Positions 25,540 to 37,467 of a stretch of 64,000 bases of DNA are shown piece after piece. Both the position numbers and the translations under genes were made by a program. Origin of the DNA: Camelus ferus (lineage: Eukaryota); assembly GCF_009834535.1 (NCBI RefSeq), contig NC_045697.1, positions 102,612,001 through 102,676,000 of the forward strand, read 5' to 3'. The first letter of the stretch is position 1. Each line of letters opens with the position of its first letter. The notes under the pieces were generated by a model. It saw nothing but the letters and a program-made list of their open reading frames with translations. It was not told the DNA's origin and made no database searches.

Positions 25540-26460
25540 AAACATTAGAAATAACACCAGTCTTACATTACAATTTTCCAGAGAATAGAGAAACAATACT
25601 TTTCAACTCATTTTATGAGACCAGAATAACCTTGACTCAAAATTTGACAAAGATATAACAAAAAAGAAAAGTACATGCAAATTTCTCTTGAGAAGATAAA
25701 AGCAAAATACAGTATACAAACTTAGCAAATTGATTTCAGAGAATTCTTATAAATAGATAAGGAAAAGGCAATCTGGTAGAAAAATGGGATTTCACAAAAG
25801 ATATCCAAATGGTAAATAAACATTTTTTTAAGTGTTCAAGGGCATTAGTCATCAGGGAAAGGCAACTTAAAGCCATAGCATGTCCACCAGAATTACTAAA
25901 ATTAATAAGACTGACAATATCAGGAGTTGGTGAGGATGTAAAATAAGAACTCTCATGCACCACTGATGGGGACACAATTGGTAAGATCGCTTTGATGAAG
26001 AGTCTAGGCGTATTTGCCAAAAGTGAACTCTGCGGCCCTGAAATTCCACTCTTAGGTTTATGCTTAACAGAAGTTCATAGATGAACACCAAAAAGACACA
26101 AATAAAAATGTTTATAATACCCTTATTTATCAGAATCAAAAACTGGAAACACCTAAATATTAATGGTGGAATGGATAAATAAACTGTGTTATATTTAGGC
26201 CATGGAGTGCTAGACAGCAGTGAAAATGAACTACTGCTGTTCACAATGGCTTGAATGAATCTCACAAAGTATACTGAGTGGAAGTGCACATATGATTCCA
26301 CTCATATGTTGTTTTAAAACAGGCAAAACAAATCTATGGTGATAGAAGTCCAAATGGTGCTTCTCTCTGCCAAGAGGCTGTAGTGACTGGTGAGAGCAGA
26401 AGGAGGGCGCCAGGAACGCTTGCTTTCTTGTTCTGGTCATTCGGGACAGGAGAGTGCTCA
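25540..26460 (+). mobile_element. L1ME-like fragments
   Basis: ttcaactcattttatgagaccagaataaccttga; cattagtcatcagggaaa; aaactggaaacacctaaat. Confidence 0.75.
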
Positions 26461-26719
26461 TTTGATGTTTCAAGTACAGTTCAAGAAGTAGCATCCTGGT
26501 GAGAGAGACGGGGTAATCCAAATTCACGTTACACGTTGAGAGGAAGTGGTTCAGCCAGATGAGACATTACGCAGATTCAACTTCAAAATCAGCTAAACGT
26601 TCATTGCTTCATTTATTGAGTCTCAAAAGGTGGAAAGAGAGACTTCCTGTCAGCAAATTGTTCACAATCTAACTGAAAGCGAAGTATAAAAATAATCTAT
26701 TTCCAAAAAAAAAAAAAAT

Positions 26720-27155
26720 ATGCTATCATGGAACTGTACAAATCATTTTGAGGACTTAGGCAAGTCGGCAAAATTTCCAGAGGTAGCAACACTGAAATCT
26801 TATAAGGATTTTGCAGGTAAAAGAGCTGGACGGGGTGGGGAGGTGGTCAGGGAGAGGTATTTGGCTTAGAATTGACAGCATTTGCAAAAGAGAACACAGA
26901 GAGACAAATACAATTCAAATGCTGTGACTCACAGGAACATTAGGTAGTTAGGTATGGCAAGAGCTTAAAATGTAAGAGCGAGAACAGTGGGAGGTAAGGC
27001 TGGGCAGGTAAGTCTTATTCCATCTTGGATTTTTATCCTGTGGGACATGGGAGCTATTGAAGAATTTATCTTTAATCCAATGTGAAGGATAGATGGGAGG
27101 AAGGTATGAGCAGAGACTGGAAGATTAGGTAGGAGTTTTTGCAGAAATTCAGATA
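26720..27155 (-). mobile_element. L2 fragment
   Basis: gaattgacagcatttgcaaaag, ttggatttttatcctgtgggacatgggagctattgaag. Confidence 0.6.
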
Positions 27156-27157
27156 TA

Positions 27158-28178
27158 TGTGTCAGGTTTTACCACAGGAATAAACAGTCTCTAATCTTAG
27201 TGGCTTAAAACAACAAATATTCAATTCCTCCAAAACTTTGGTGTCTTACAACAACAAACATTTATTTTTTTTCTCATGGGTCTGTGGGTTGGTTTTAACT
27301 CAGCTGGGCTGAGCAAGGCTGCGCTGGGCTTGGCTCCAGACTCTAGGTGGATTCTTGTGTGCTCCATGGGTCTTTCATTTCGGGACCCAGGATGAAGGAG
27401 CAATGGCATCTCTGTGCCATGCTCTTCTGTTGGTGGATGGCAGGAGGGCAGCGGAGGTTGGCAGAACATGCAATGTCTCCTGAAGCCTCTGCTCTGAGCT
27501 AGCACACCATCCCTTCTGCCCACATCACACTAGCCAAAGTCACCTGGCTGCTAACTAAAAACTGGCACTTGCCATCTGCCTCTACAAGGACTGGATCACG
27601 TTGGTACTTGCCATGTAACTCTGCTTGGATTAAATCATGAGCTGCTGCAGCCACTGACCTCCAACACACTCTGAAAGGAGTTCAGGACAGAGGTCAGGAA
27701 TGAGGTGCTCTGTGTTCTGGGAAAACAAGCTGAACAGGCCTTCAGATAGTTAGAGATTTTCACAAGAAGATTTTATGACCCCAATTCTTGCATCTCCTCA
27801 TATCTAGGAAAGCATTAAATCATTAAGGGTGACATCTGCTCCTCGTGACTAGCAGCAAGCCTCTGCCCAAACATGCGCTTCACTCAAGCACATACCCCCC
27901 TTCACTGAAATCATATATAATACTGAGTTCTCCCCCTGCCTCTTTGGAGCAGTTTCTCAGAGCTTTCTGGGATGCTGTCTCCTGGGCTATAGTCCTCATT
28001 TTGCCCCAAATAAAACTTCACGCACAACTCTCACATGGTGTGATTTTATTTCAGCCAACATGGCCAAAGTTGCAGAGCCAAGCTCAGTGTCCGTGGGGCA
28101 CAGTGGGATTCTCTACCCATGGGGCAAGGAAAGGGAGAGTAAATATTTGCTGAACATATGAACTCAATCTACCATATC
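27158..28178 (-). mobile_element. MLT1H/G-like MaLR LTR, split by an ERV1 LTR
   Basis: atcttagtggcttaaaacaacaaa...cttctgcccacatcacactagccaaagtcacc|tggccaaag... Confidence 0.7.
27549..28060 (+). mobile_element. ERV1-class solo LTR (512 bp)
   Basis: TG...CA termini (tgctaactaaaa ... tttcagccaaca); exact 4-bp TSD tggc at 27545-27548 and 28061-28064; TATA-like tatataa; aataaa near the 3' end. Confidence 0.85.
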
Positions 28179-28469
28179 AGGCTAAAGCCCATCAATGCCT
28201 AATGTGAGGGAGACAGACTGGACTGTCTGTCTGGACTGGACTGGACAAGAGGGGATCAGGAGAGCCAGGCCCGTAGCCAGAGTCTGGTGTCCCAGCCAGT
28301 CGGGCTGGGCGGAGCGGGACTGCCATGGGGGGACACTAAGAAACTAAGCCAGAAACTTTAACTCAGGAAAGTGCCTGACAGAGCTGCATAGTCAGTCAAA
28401 ATCAATTCACTGACTTGAAAACATTAGGCCAAGATTAGAAATTCAAGGACAAATCTCTCAAAGGGAGTT

Positions 28470-28795
28470 AATGAAAGAGAAGACTTGAAATGAGGGGGAG
28501 GGTTCAAGGGCAGCGACAATATGGAGCTCAGGTCCCTGGCAGTGAGCGTCCTGGGAGCTCTCAAAGGGCAGCCCCAGAACAGAGAAAGAATGACAGAACT
28601 GAAGTAAGAGGAAAGAGAGAGGGGAGAATTTACGACCACCCTTGGTTTTTCTAGTCTAAGACACTGGGTGGAGACTGCTGTTATCTGCTGGAGTCTGGAA
28701 CACAAAAGGAGAGAGAGTTTCAGAAAGATGGTTTGGTTTTTAGCTGGAGCCATCTAGGCAGACATGCCTAGTAGAGAACTGAATATCAAGCTATA
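28470..28795 (-). mobile_element. L2 fragment
   Basis: gaccacccttggtttttctagtctaag, ggcagacatgcctagtagagaactgaatat. Confidence 0.55.
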
Positions 28796-29458
28796 AATCT
28801 CCTCCTTTGTGTCTTTTACATTGTTTTCACATCTGGAACCGCCCCATCTCTCCTCCCTAACCTCGCCTAAGTCTTACATTTTCATGATCATTTACATTTC
28901 CATGTTGCCTTTCTTCCCTGAGCTGCAGGCATTTAGAATTAGCATACCTCATTTAACATCATCATTTCTGTTATCCGCACTCCCCTCCCCGACACACACA
29001 TTAATCTTGTGCCCTACGCTAAATTCTAAATTGCATGAGGACAAGACCTTGTATGTCTTTAATATCTCCTATGGAACTTAGCGTACTGATAGGCAGAAAC
29101 TTAAATTTAAAAAGTTAAAAATGAGTTAAAAAAAAAAGAACTAAAAATGCATCGGATGATTAACCACCTCAGTGAAGAATAATAATTAATGACTATTATC
29201 CTAAGTAATGAAGGGGCATCATGTAAAAATCATTTAGTAAAGGAATTTCTATTTATTTGGAGAGTGCATCTTATAAATTTTCTTTAAAATAGAACTTTTT
29301 TTTTTTTTACCTTTTCAACATTTAAGATAATTCTTATTGTTTAAGCACTTATCTATTGGTGTATATCATCAAGACTGTATCTTTGTTCAATAAACATCTT
29401 TAACATTTTAAGCTGGCAGATGAACGTCAAATTGGCTTAAAAATTAGGCCATTAAAAA

Positions 29459-29822
29459 TTGGAGGATATTATGCTAAGTGAAATAAGTCAGAAAAAGACA
29501 AATTCTATAGGACATCACTTATGTGTGGAATCTAAAAAATACAAAAAACTAGTGAATATAATTAAAAAAAGAAGCAGACTCACAGATATAGAGAACAAAC
29601 TAGTGGTTACCAGTTGGGAGAGGGAAGGGGGCCAATACAGAGGTAGGGGATTAAGAGGTACAAACAATTAGGTATAAAATAAGCTACAAGGATGTGCTGT
29701 ACAACATGGGGAATATAGCCAATATTCTATAATTGCTATAAATGGAGTATAATCCTTAAAAACCATGAATCAGTACACTGTACACGTGTAACTTACATAA
29801 TATTGTACAACTACAATAATAA
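29459..29822 (+). mobile_element. L1 3' end (L1MA/artiodactyl type)
   Basis: attatgctaagtgaaataagtcag...gagaacaaactagtggttaccag...tacaacatggggaatatagccaatat. Confidence 0.9.
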
Positions 29823-31806
29823 AAGTTAGGCTGTAACAATCAAGAACACAGCATTCACAGTTTAGATAGTCAGTTATTTCCATGGTTTCTTTCCAAGAAG
29901 ACACCAGTCAAAAAAAAAAAAAAGTCACAAATATCAAAACACCAAGAAATGCTAAGTATTTTCTAAAGACGTGATTATGATTCTTTATGTACTTTACATC
30001 AAGTCACTGCCCTGTTTATAAGAAGACAAGCGAAGGTGCAGTTGGCTAAGCTCAAACTAACGCTGTTTTTTATTTTGGAGGCAAGAATAGAAGACAAGTC
30101 TCTGACTTCCAGACCAGAGCTCTAAGATCAACTAAGTATAAACTCCTAACCAGCTGCTGGATCCCAGTAGGGCAGGAATAAAAGGTAGAGTTGGGGCAGC
30201 TAAAATTAAAGGGAACATTTTAAAATCTTCAGTTCCTTTTTTAAAGGTAGGCTTTGAAAAACTTCATTTTGTGAGGTATTCAATGGGGACCTGGAAAACT
30301 GCTCTTAGCATTTTAACATAAATTAAAAATCATTTAAGCAGACCTCTATTCAGCTCTTGCCAACTGCACATTTATTTTTCTGGTCAAGGAGGCTTTGCTG
30401 TTGCAAATGAAAGGGAAATGAAGGCATTAGGGCTTGGGTATATCAGTTAAAGGAAAAAAAAGAAAGTGAATGTGGATGTTGGATTAACTTCTCTCATAGT
30501 CACAATTCCATTTATCTGGGCAAGAAATTCACCCTCTTCCCCCCACCCACCCCAGTGCTCTTGAAAACATTCTCTGAAAACTTAGGTGGCTGTGTAGAAT
30601 CTGGACTTACTGCAGGTGTTTCTTAAAAGCTAGTTAGCCCTCCAGAGAGCCATGAAAATAAAACAGCTCCAGACTTAATGAGAACTCAGTAAGCAAGGCA
30701 GTCAGTTGGAAGAGCTAAGCTGGGAGGGTGGCTGTTTCCACTGCACCTGTATTGAGAGATGGGTGACCTCCAAGGAGCCTGGAAGCTTAGTTCCATTTTG
30801 GACCCACAACCTCAAGAGTGGAGGATGGGAAATGGGGTAATGAAGGATAAAACACTACTTGCTAATTCTAAACATATGCAGACTGCACGTTTGGTGAGTT
30901 GAGGTTGGTAGACGGTAAAACCAAATCTAGCTGAACCCCTTTCATCAGTGACAGCTCTACTTGTTGATTTTTCCACGGGCACCCATTTTCCTGGTTCGAG
31001 AACAACAGAGGGCAGTCATCGCTCATGTCTGAATATAATTCTTGACATCCATGTTTTCGTACAGAGATCATCTTCTGTGAGCCTGCAAAACATCCGCCTC
31101 CCTCAGGCAGAGGCTAGAGAGATTTATATACCCGCAGTCTGGCGGATTCCTAGTCATCACAGACTGCGCCTCTCCCTTTCCTTCTTGGCTTCCTCCACTT
31201 CCCAAAGCACAAGCAGCAGCCGAGTAGAATATGGCACAAGAGGTTTCTTCTCCACCCATTTTCCCCTATTAATAGGACATGGCAGAAGAAAAACCCTGTG
31301 ACTGTCAAGTCAACAGCTAACTCAATTGAAGACGGCCCAAGTGGCATCAAAATCAATCAGGAGTCTCTTCCATCAGAAGGAGGACGGGGAGCTGGGGGGG
31401 ATGTCACCAGTGACTCGTCACGGAGCTTGAGAATAATACACACCAGGAAGTTGCAGGGACTGCAGGAACTGAGAAGATGGGGTACATTCTATCATAACTA
31501 ATATAGGCAAAAAGCTTCTTTTTCACCTTATTTAAGCTAGGACTAGCTAGAAAGTAAAGCAAATTTGTGACTCTTTTATTAACTTTTTCTTAAGCTTCAA
31601 GTATTTCCTATAGCAAAGCCTTATTCTTAAAAAATAAACTCTAAGGGAATAAGGTCCCTTACTCAGCCCCACGTGTCTCCTGTTGATCTTACCCCAGTAA
31701 GTTGTGAGAGAATCCAACCCACTGATTGTAGCCCCATTTAAGTTCTTATAAACTTTGTCCTCTTTGAAAGTACAGATCTGAGATATCATTCAGTTTGAGC
31801 AGTCTA

Positions 31807-31940
31807 GGAGGAGGGTATAGCTCAGTGGTAGAGTGCATGCTTAGCATGCACAAGGTCCTGGGTTCAACCCCCAGTACCTCCATTAAAACAAACAAACAAA
31901 CAAACCCCAATTGCTTCCCTCTTCCTTCCCCCACAAAAAC
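31807..31940 (+). mobile_element. Vic-1-like tRNA-Ala(AGC)-derived SINE, best-preserved copy
   Basis: gggtatagctcagtggtagagtgcatgcttagcatgcacaaggtcctgggttcaacccccagtacctcca with intact A and B boxes; 16-bp TSD cagtttgagcagtcta/caatttgagtagtcta. Confidence 0.92.
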
Positions 31941-32024
31941 CAATTTGAGTAGTCTACACTTTCCTTGAAATGTAGCAACCATCTTCATCTTGATATTTAG
32001 CACAGTATCTACCAGAGTGTTTGT

Positions 32025-32520
32025 GAATGTATTTCAACTGGTCAACAAATATTTGAGTAATACATGTTGTCTAAAATACTTCATTAGTATTACATGAGAT
32101 ATAATGGTGACTAAGAAATTACCCCTATTCCCAAGACCTTTGTACTGTAGAAGAAGGTAATTAGTGATGGACAAATATCACAGGAATGCCAGGTGAAGTA
32201 TGAGGAGTCCCGTGAGAGAAGCACAAAATGTGACGGAACTTTGAAGGAGGGAGGAAGCACCTCCTTCTGGAGGTATGTACGAAGCCTAACTAGAGGCAAC
32301 AGTGTTTGAGGCAGCACTGACAGATCAACAGGATCTCAACAGGCAAACCTTTGAAGCTGTGTACCTAGGTTTTCACTTTGTTTGATAGGAAAGACAGAGA
32401 GAGGTGTGGACGCTGCATCTGTTCATAGGCAATGGAATATAGTTAGGCCAGATGGTCATGGATGGAAGAGGAGCAAAATTAGGCAACTGGTTATGAGCAG
32501 ATCTGGAGGCAAGGCCTGTG
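32025..32520 (-). mobile_element. L2 3' fragment
   Basis: tcaacaaatatttgagtaatacat...ccctattcccaagacctttgtactgtag. Confidence 0.6.
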
Positions 32521-32989
32521 GATGGACTCCTCAAAATGGCAGCGAATGAAAGAATGTGTTCCACTGAATGTTCACTAAGACAGAAACTTTATGTTCCCAA
32601 CAAGGTAGGTGAAAGTTGGCTTCCACACACATTTGGATCCCAGAATGGAACATGGGCAGAAGCGTTAATTCATCTAGCATACAGGACTCACCCAGGAGAA
32701 GCCTGCCTAGTCAAGAAGACGAAACCTGTTCTGTGAACTTCAGTCAGCCTCTTTCCCTGCTCCCCTAGAGCTTCACCAGCCCTGACAGCAGAGACGAAAG
32801 CGATGCAGAGCTCAGCAATGTGGACTTTCTCTCTCAGGAGCAGAAAATGCTACTGCTGAATGCCTGCTTGCCTCAGGGAAACCAGAAAACTTTTTTTTAA
32901 TGCATATATGTGTATATGTAGATACATGTATATGAGAATATGTATAAACTCAAAGAGATCTGAAAATATTTCCTCCATAAAATAAAACA

Positions 32990-35230
32990 TGTATGTATGA
33001 AAAATAATATGACATTTTAGAAATAATTAGAAATTTAAGATATAACTATTGATTTTAATAATTCAATATATAGGCTGAATAGGAGAACGGACATAGAGGA
33101 ACATCAAATCAAATATTTTAGCTGAAAGATTGAAACGAAAGATTAACCCAAAACACAGTACTATAGCACTGTACTGTATGTGAGTAGAAAAAATGGAGAC
33201 ATGGAAAATAGATGTAGGAGTTCCAACACATGTCAAATAGAATTCCAGAAGAAATAGAGAATGGAAATAGTTGTTATTAAAAATAAAAGAAGAAAACTAC
33301 CCAAAGTAATGAATTCACAGATTTCAAAGTTTTAGAAGTAATGAAGAAATATACCTTAAATACATTCTGGTGAAATTTCAGATCTCCAAGCATGAAGAAC
33401 AAATCCTAGAAATGTTCAGAGAAGAATAAGGAGTTGTTCACAAAGAAATAAGAATCAGATTGGTATTCATTTTCTTATCACCAACACTAGATCCTGGAAG
33501 ACAACAGCAGGAAATTAGAAAGAAAAAGGAAAAATGCATAGTAAATATAATAGAAACAATAAATCCAAATATATTATTAATCATAACATAAAAAAGATAG
33601 CAAAACTCAGGTTGCACAGACAGAAGGCAGGAACCATGATTATACGAGATATTTATACAATAAAATGACACAGAAAGATACACTGCAAAGAACTAGAAAG
33701 ACATACTGGAAAAATAATTATGCAGTATTAATATCAATATCAAAACCAGGAATAAGATGAAAAGAATTAAGAAGAACATTTATATTGATATTGGCATAAA
33801 TTATATTGACACACTTGCAGAATCTACTAATAATGCAAACAAGGGGAAAAAAATCTACATTTTGGGGGGAGGATCCTGAGACTAAATGAGCTAAGAATCA
33901 ACTCAAGAAGCTAAAGAGAGAGAGAAAGACCGAGTGAGGGGGAGGAAGAATACCTGAATAAGTTAAAAAAATAAATTAATAAACATGAAAGTAGAAAACA
34001 AAAATAAGTAGATGATTAATCAAATGAAAACCTAGTATTTTTTGATAAGTGTTCTTTAAAAAGAGCAGTTGAATAAACAGACTTTTCAAATGTGATCATG
34101 ATAAAGGAAGGAAGATAATATAATCAACATTAGGATTGAGAAAGAAAAGATGTGGAAAAAACATTAATTCTAAGCAAATCAAATACAAAGTAATACCAAA
34201 CAAATCTGAGAATTAGTTGAAATAGATTATTCTATAGGCAAGACTGAATAGCCAAAATTGAGTCAAAAAGGAACTGAAATCCTAAAAAGACCAATAAAAG
34301 AAATTTAGGGGAAATAAAAACCCTAAAAAGGGCACAATGCCCAGAAAATCTTCTGGGCACATTGTATTAAACCAGCAAAGAACACATAATTCCTGTATTA
34401 TTTACATTGTTAAAGAACATAATAAAAGATGGAAAGTTTTCAGTTCATCCTACAAATATAGCATAACACCGAATCATAAGCAGATAAAAATAGAGGGGAA
34501 GAAATCACCCACAGTCAAAACAAGAAACCCAAAGACAAATAGAGGCAAAAATCCCAAACAGAATATTAGGAAATTTAACTCAAGACTACATACAGAGAAT
34601 TACATCATGAACTCGTAGTCTTTTTCACAGAAATGCTAGGATAGTTTAACATTAGTCTGCATTTTAATGTAATTCACTATGCTAAGAGCTTAAAAGAGAA
34701 AAATTGTATCATGATCTCAGTACATATGAAAAGGCATTTGCTAAAATTAGCAATTACTCCAGACAAGAAAAGTTTTCAGCAACTTGATAGAATATACTAC
34801 CAGGAACCTACATGACACCTTAGGTGAAACATAAAGAACATAAAAAATAAATTCAGATTAAAAAAAAAAGAATGACAATACCCAGTAATGATGTGGAGAA
34901 ATGAATATTGTGTACAGTCTGTCAGCATACACTCTGCCACTATAGTGAGAGGATAAATTATTATGAACTTTCTGGAGAGCATGTTGGCACTAAGCACGAA
35001 ATTTTCAAATGCTCCTGTCACTTAGCCCAACAATTCCTCCTTTGAGAAATTATTTTGAGGAAAACAACAGGGCAGTTATGCAAAGTTTTCCCTAAAAGGA
35101 TGTTCACATCATCGTTCTTTAGAATATTGGAACACTCTGACTATTTATGTACATTAATATGGGAATGACTGAGCAGATTCTGTTCTTCCATACAATGGGA
35201 TCTACCTGCAGGCTTTTAAAATAATAGTAT
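32990..35230 (+). mobile_element. Fragmented very old L1M (ORF1/ORF2 pieces)
   Basis: cattctggtgaaatttcag, aagaatcagattgg...caacactagat, aaaggcatttgctaaaatt. Confidence 0.65.
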
Positions 35231-35265
35231 AAAGTAGTGGTTTTCAAATCATGCTTTTGGGAGTC

Positions 35266-35710
35266 TATGTTAGTGTCTCAGGGCTGTCATAGCAAAGTAC
35301 CAAAAACTGGGTGCCTTTAGAGCATCAGAAATTTACTGCCTCACAGCTCTGTAGTAGAAATCTTAGACCAAGGTGTCTGCAGGGTGAGTTCCCTCTGAGG
35401 TTGGGAGGGAGACTCTCTCCCATGCTTCTCTCCTTGTGTCTTGTTTTGTTGGCCATGCGTGGGGTTCCCTGGCTTATAGATTCATCACCCTGATCTCTGC
35501 TTTCATCTCCACATGGTGTTCTGTGTGTCTGTATTTGTGTCCATATTTACCTTTTTCACAAGGACACTTGTCATGTTGGATTAGCGCCCACCCTGACGAC
35601 CTCATCTTAACTTGAGCATCTGCAAAGTCTATTTCCAGATGAGGCCACATGCACAGGTACTGGGGGTTAGGACTTACACATTTTGGGGGGATACAGTTCA
35701 ACCCACAACA
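35266..35710 (-). mobile_element. MLT1C MaLR solo LTR
   Basis: tatgttagtgtctcagggctgtcatagcaaagtacc...acagttcaacccacaaca; perfect 5-bp TSD gagtc at 35261-35265 and 35711-35715. Confidence 0.9.
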
Positions 35711-36375
35711 GAGTCTTATGGTTTCTAAGGAGTGCCTCAAAAACTACTACAGAGCTACTGTTGGTCCTGAGCTGGTGAATTCTGGGATTCTTTTGCCTAC
35801 TTCAACTAGAAAATTGTCAGTTTTTATAAATTCATATTCTGAGAGTTCCTATGAAGGAAGAGCCCACCACTTCAAAATATTTAAAAGCTACCAAAATAAA
35901 ACTATATTTATTTTTTGTCCCAGTATATTGCTAATTGAGAAAAGCAGTTCAAGCATGTGAACATGTTCCCAGTTCTGTAAAAATACAAAAATCCCTATCC
36001 ATATTTATGTCTACATTGTTTATGTTTAGATTTATATTATTTTAGATATAATGTAACCCAAAATATTCAGAGCGCTAACAGGCTCCAATTTTACAAGTGT
36101 CCTTTATATTTGTCTTCATGCTTTTCTTTATGTCTAATATTTTTACAATGACATATCTTTGTAATAAAAAAAGGACTATAACTATTTTTTAAAGAGGGAA
36201 AGCGATCACTTATGACATTTGGTAAATAACATGTTGGTGGATTGACTGATAATAGTTTTATCTATTTAGCTTGGCTTATAAGAATTTCAAACCAAGACAA
36301 TTTGGATGACTATCCAGTTCCCTTCAAAACATCAGTCCGTGACGCTCAATCCCCATTGAAAAAGTTGAGTCTGCA

Positions 36376-36920
36376 AACCTAAGTGTCTATCAGGGGATGA
36401 ATAGATAAATAAAACATCGTATTTCTATATAATGATGTATTACTCGGTCTTTAAAAGGAACGAAATTCTGACACATGTTACAACATGGATGAGCCTTGAA
36501 GATATGATGCTAAGTGAAATGAGCCAGATACAAAAGGACAAATACTGTATGATTCCACTCATATGATGTCCTTAGAGCAGTCAAATTCAGCAGAATGGTG
36601 GTTGCCGGGGGCCGAGGAGAAGGAGGAATGAGGAGGAATTGTTTAGTCAGTACAGAGTCTCAGTTTTGCAAGATGGAAAAAAGCTCTGGAGATGGATGAT
36701 GGTGATGGTTGCACTACCATGTAAATGTACTTAATCCTACTGAACTGTACACTGTAAAATGGTAACACGGAATGGGTGTGGGTACAGCTCAGTGGCAGAG
36801 CACATGCTTAGCATGCACAAGGTTCTGGATTTAATCCCCAGTACCTCCATTAACAATGAACAACAACAACAAAGGTAAAATGGAAAATTGTAATGTTATG
36901 TGTATTTTACCACAATTAAC
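36376..36920 (+). mobile_element. L1MB3-like 3' end with a nested SINE
   Basis: aacctaagtgtctatc...gaaattctgacacatgttacaacatggatgagccttgaa...gatggtgatggttgcac. Confidence 0.88.
36774..36872 (+). mobile_element. Vic-1-like tRNA-Ala SINE
   Basis: gggtacagctcagtggcagagcacatgcttagcatgcacaaggttctggatttaatccccagtacctcca followed by a (CAA)n tail. Confidence 0.88.
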
Positions 36921-37051
36921 ATTGTAAATCAACTACACTTCAATAAAAAAAACAAAATTATAAGTAAATAAATAATTTTGAAAACTAAATATTAAAGAAA
37001 TTGAAACGCCAAGCCCTTTAAGTTAGTGTGTATCTATCTGTCATTCATTTT

Positions 37052-37467
37052 TTAAAATTTTTTATTGATTTATAATCATTTTACAATGGTGTGTCAAATT
37101 CCAGTATAGAACACTATTTTTCAGTTATACTTGAACATATATATATTCATTGTCACATTTTTTTCTCTGTGAGCTACCATAAGATCTTGTGTATATTTCC
37201 CTGTGCTATACAGTATAATCTTGCTTATATATTCTACAATTTTGAAATCCCGTCTATCCCTTCCCACCCTCCGCCCCCTTGGTAACCACAAGTCTGTATT
37301 CTATGTCTATGAGTCTATTTCTCTATTGTATTTATGCTTTTGTTTTTGTTTTTGTTTTTGTTTTAGATTCCACATATGAGCGATCTCATACGGTATTTTT
37401 CTTTCTCTTTCTGGCTTACTTCACTTAGAATGACATTCTCCAGGAGCATACATGTTGCTGCAAATGT
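37052..37467 (-). mobile_element. Young camelid-type L1 3' end
   Basis: Reverse L1 3' UTR; TSD cattcatttt at 37042-37051 and 37471-37480. Confidence 0.92.

Noticed and set aside
30868..31071. 67-aa ATG ORF downstream of the candidate TATA box
   Set aside because: No recognisable homology or exon structure; only the regulatory signal was kept as a finding.
31807..31882. Possible genuine tRNA-Ala gene
   Set aside because: It has a SINE tail, a 16-bp TSD, CpG decay and four diverged sister copies, so it is a tRNA-derived SINE.
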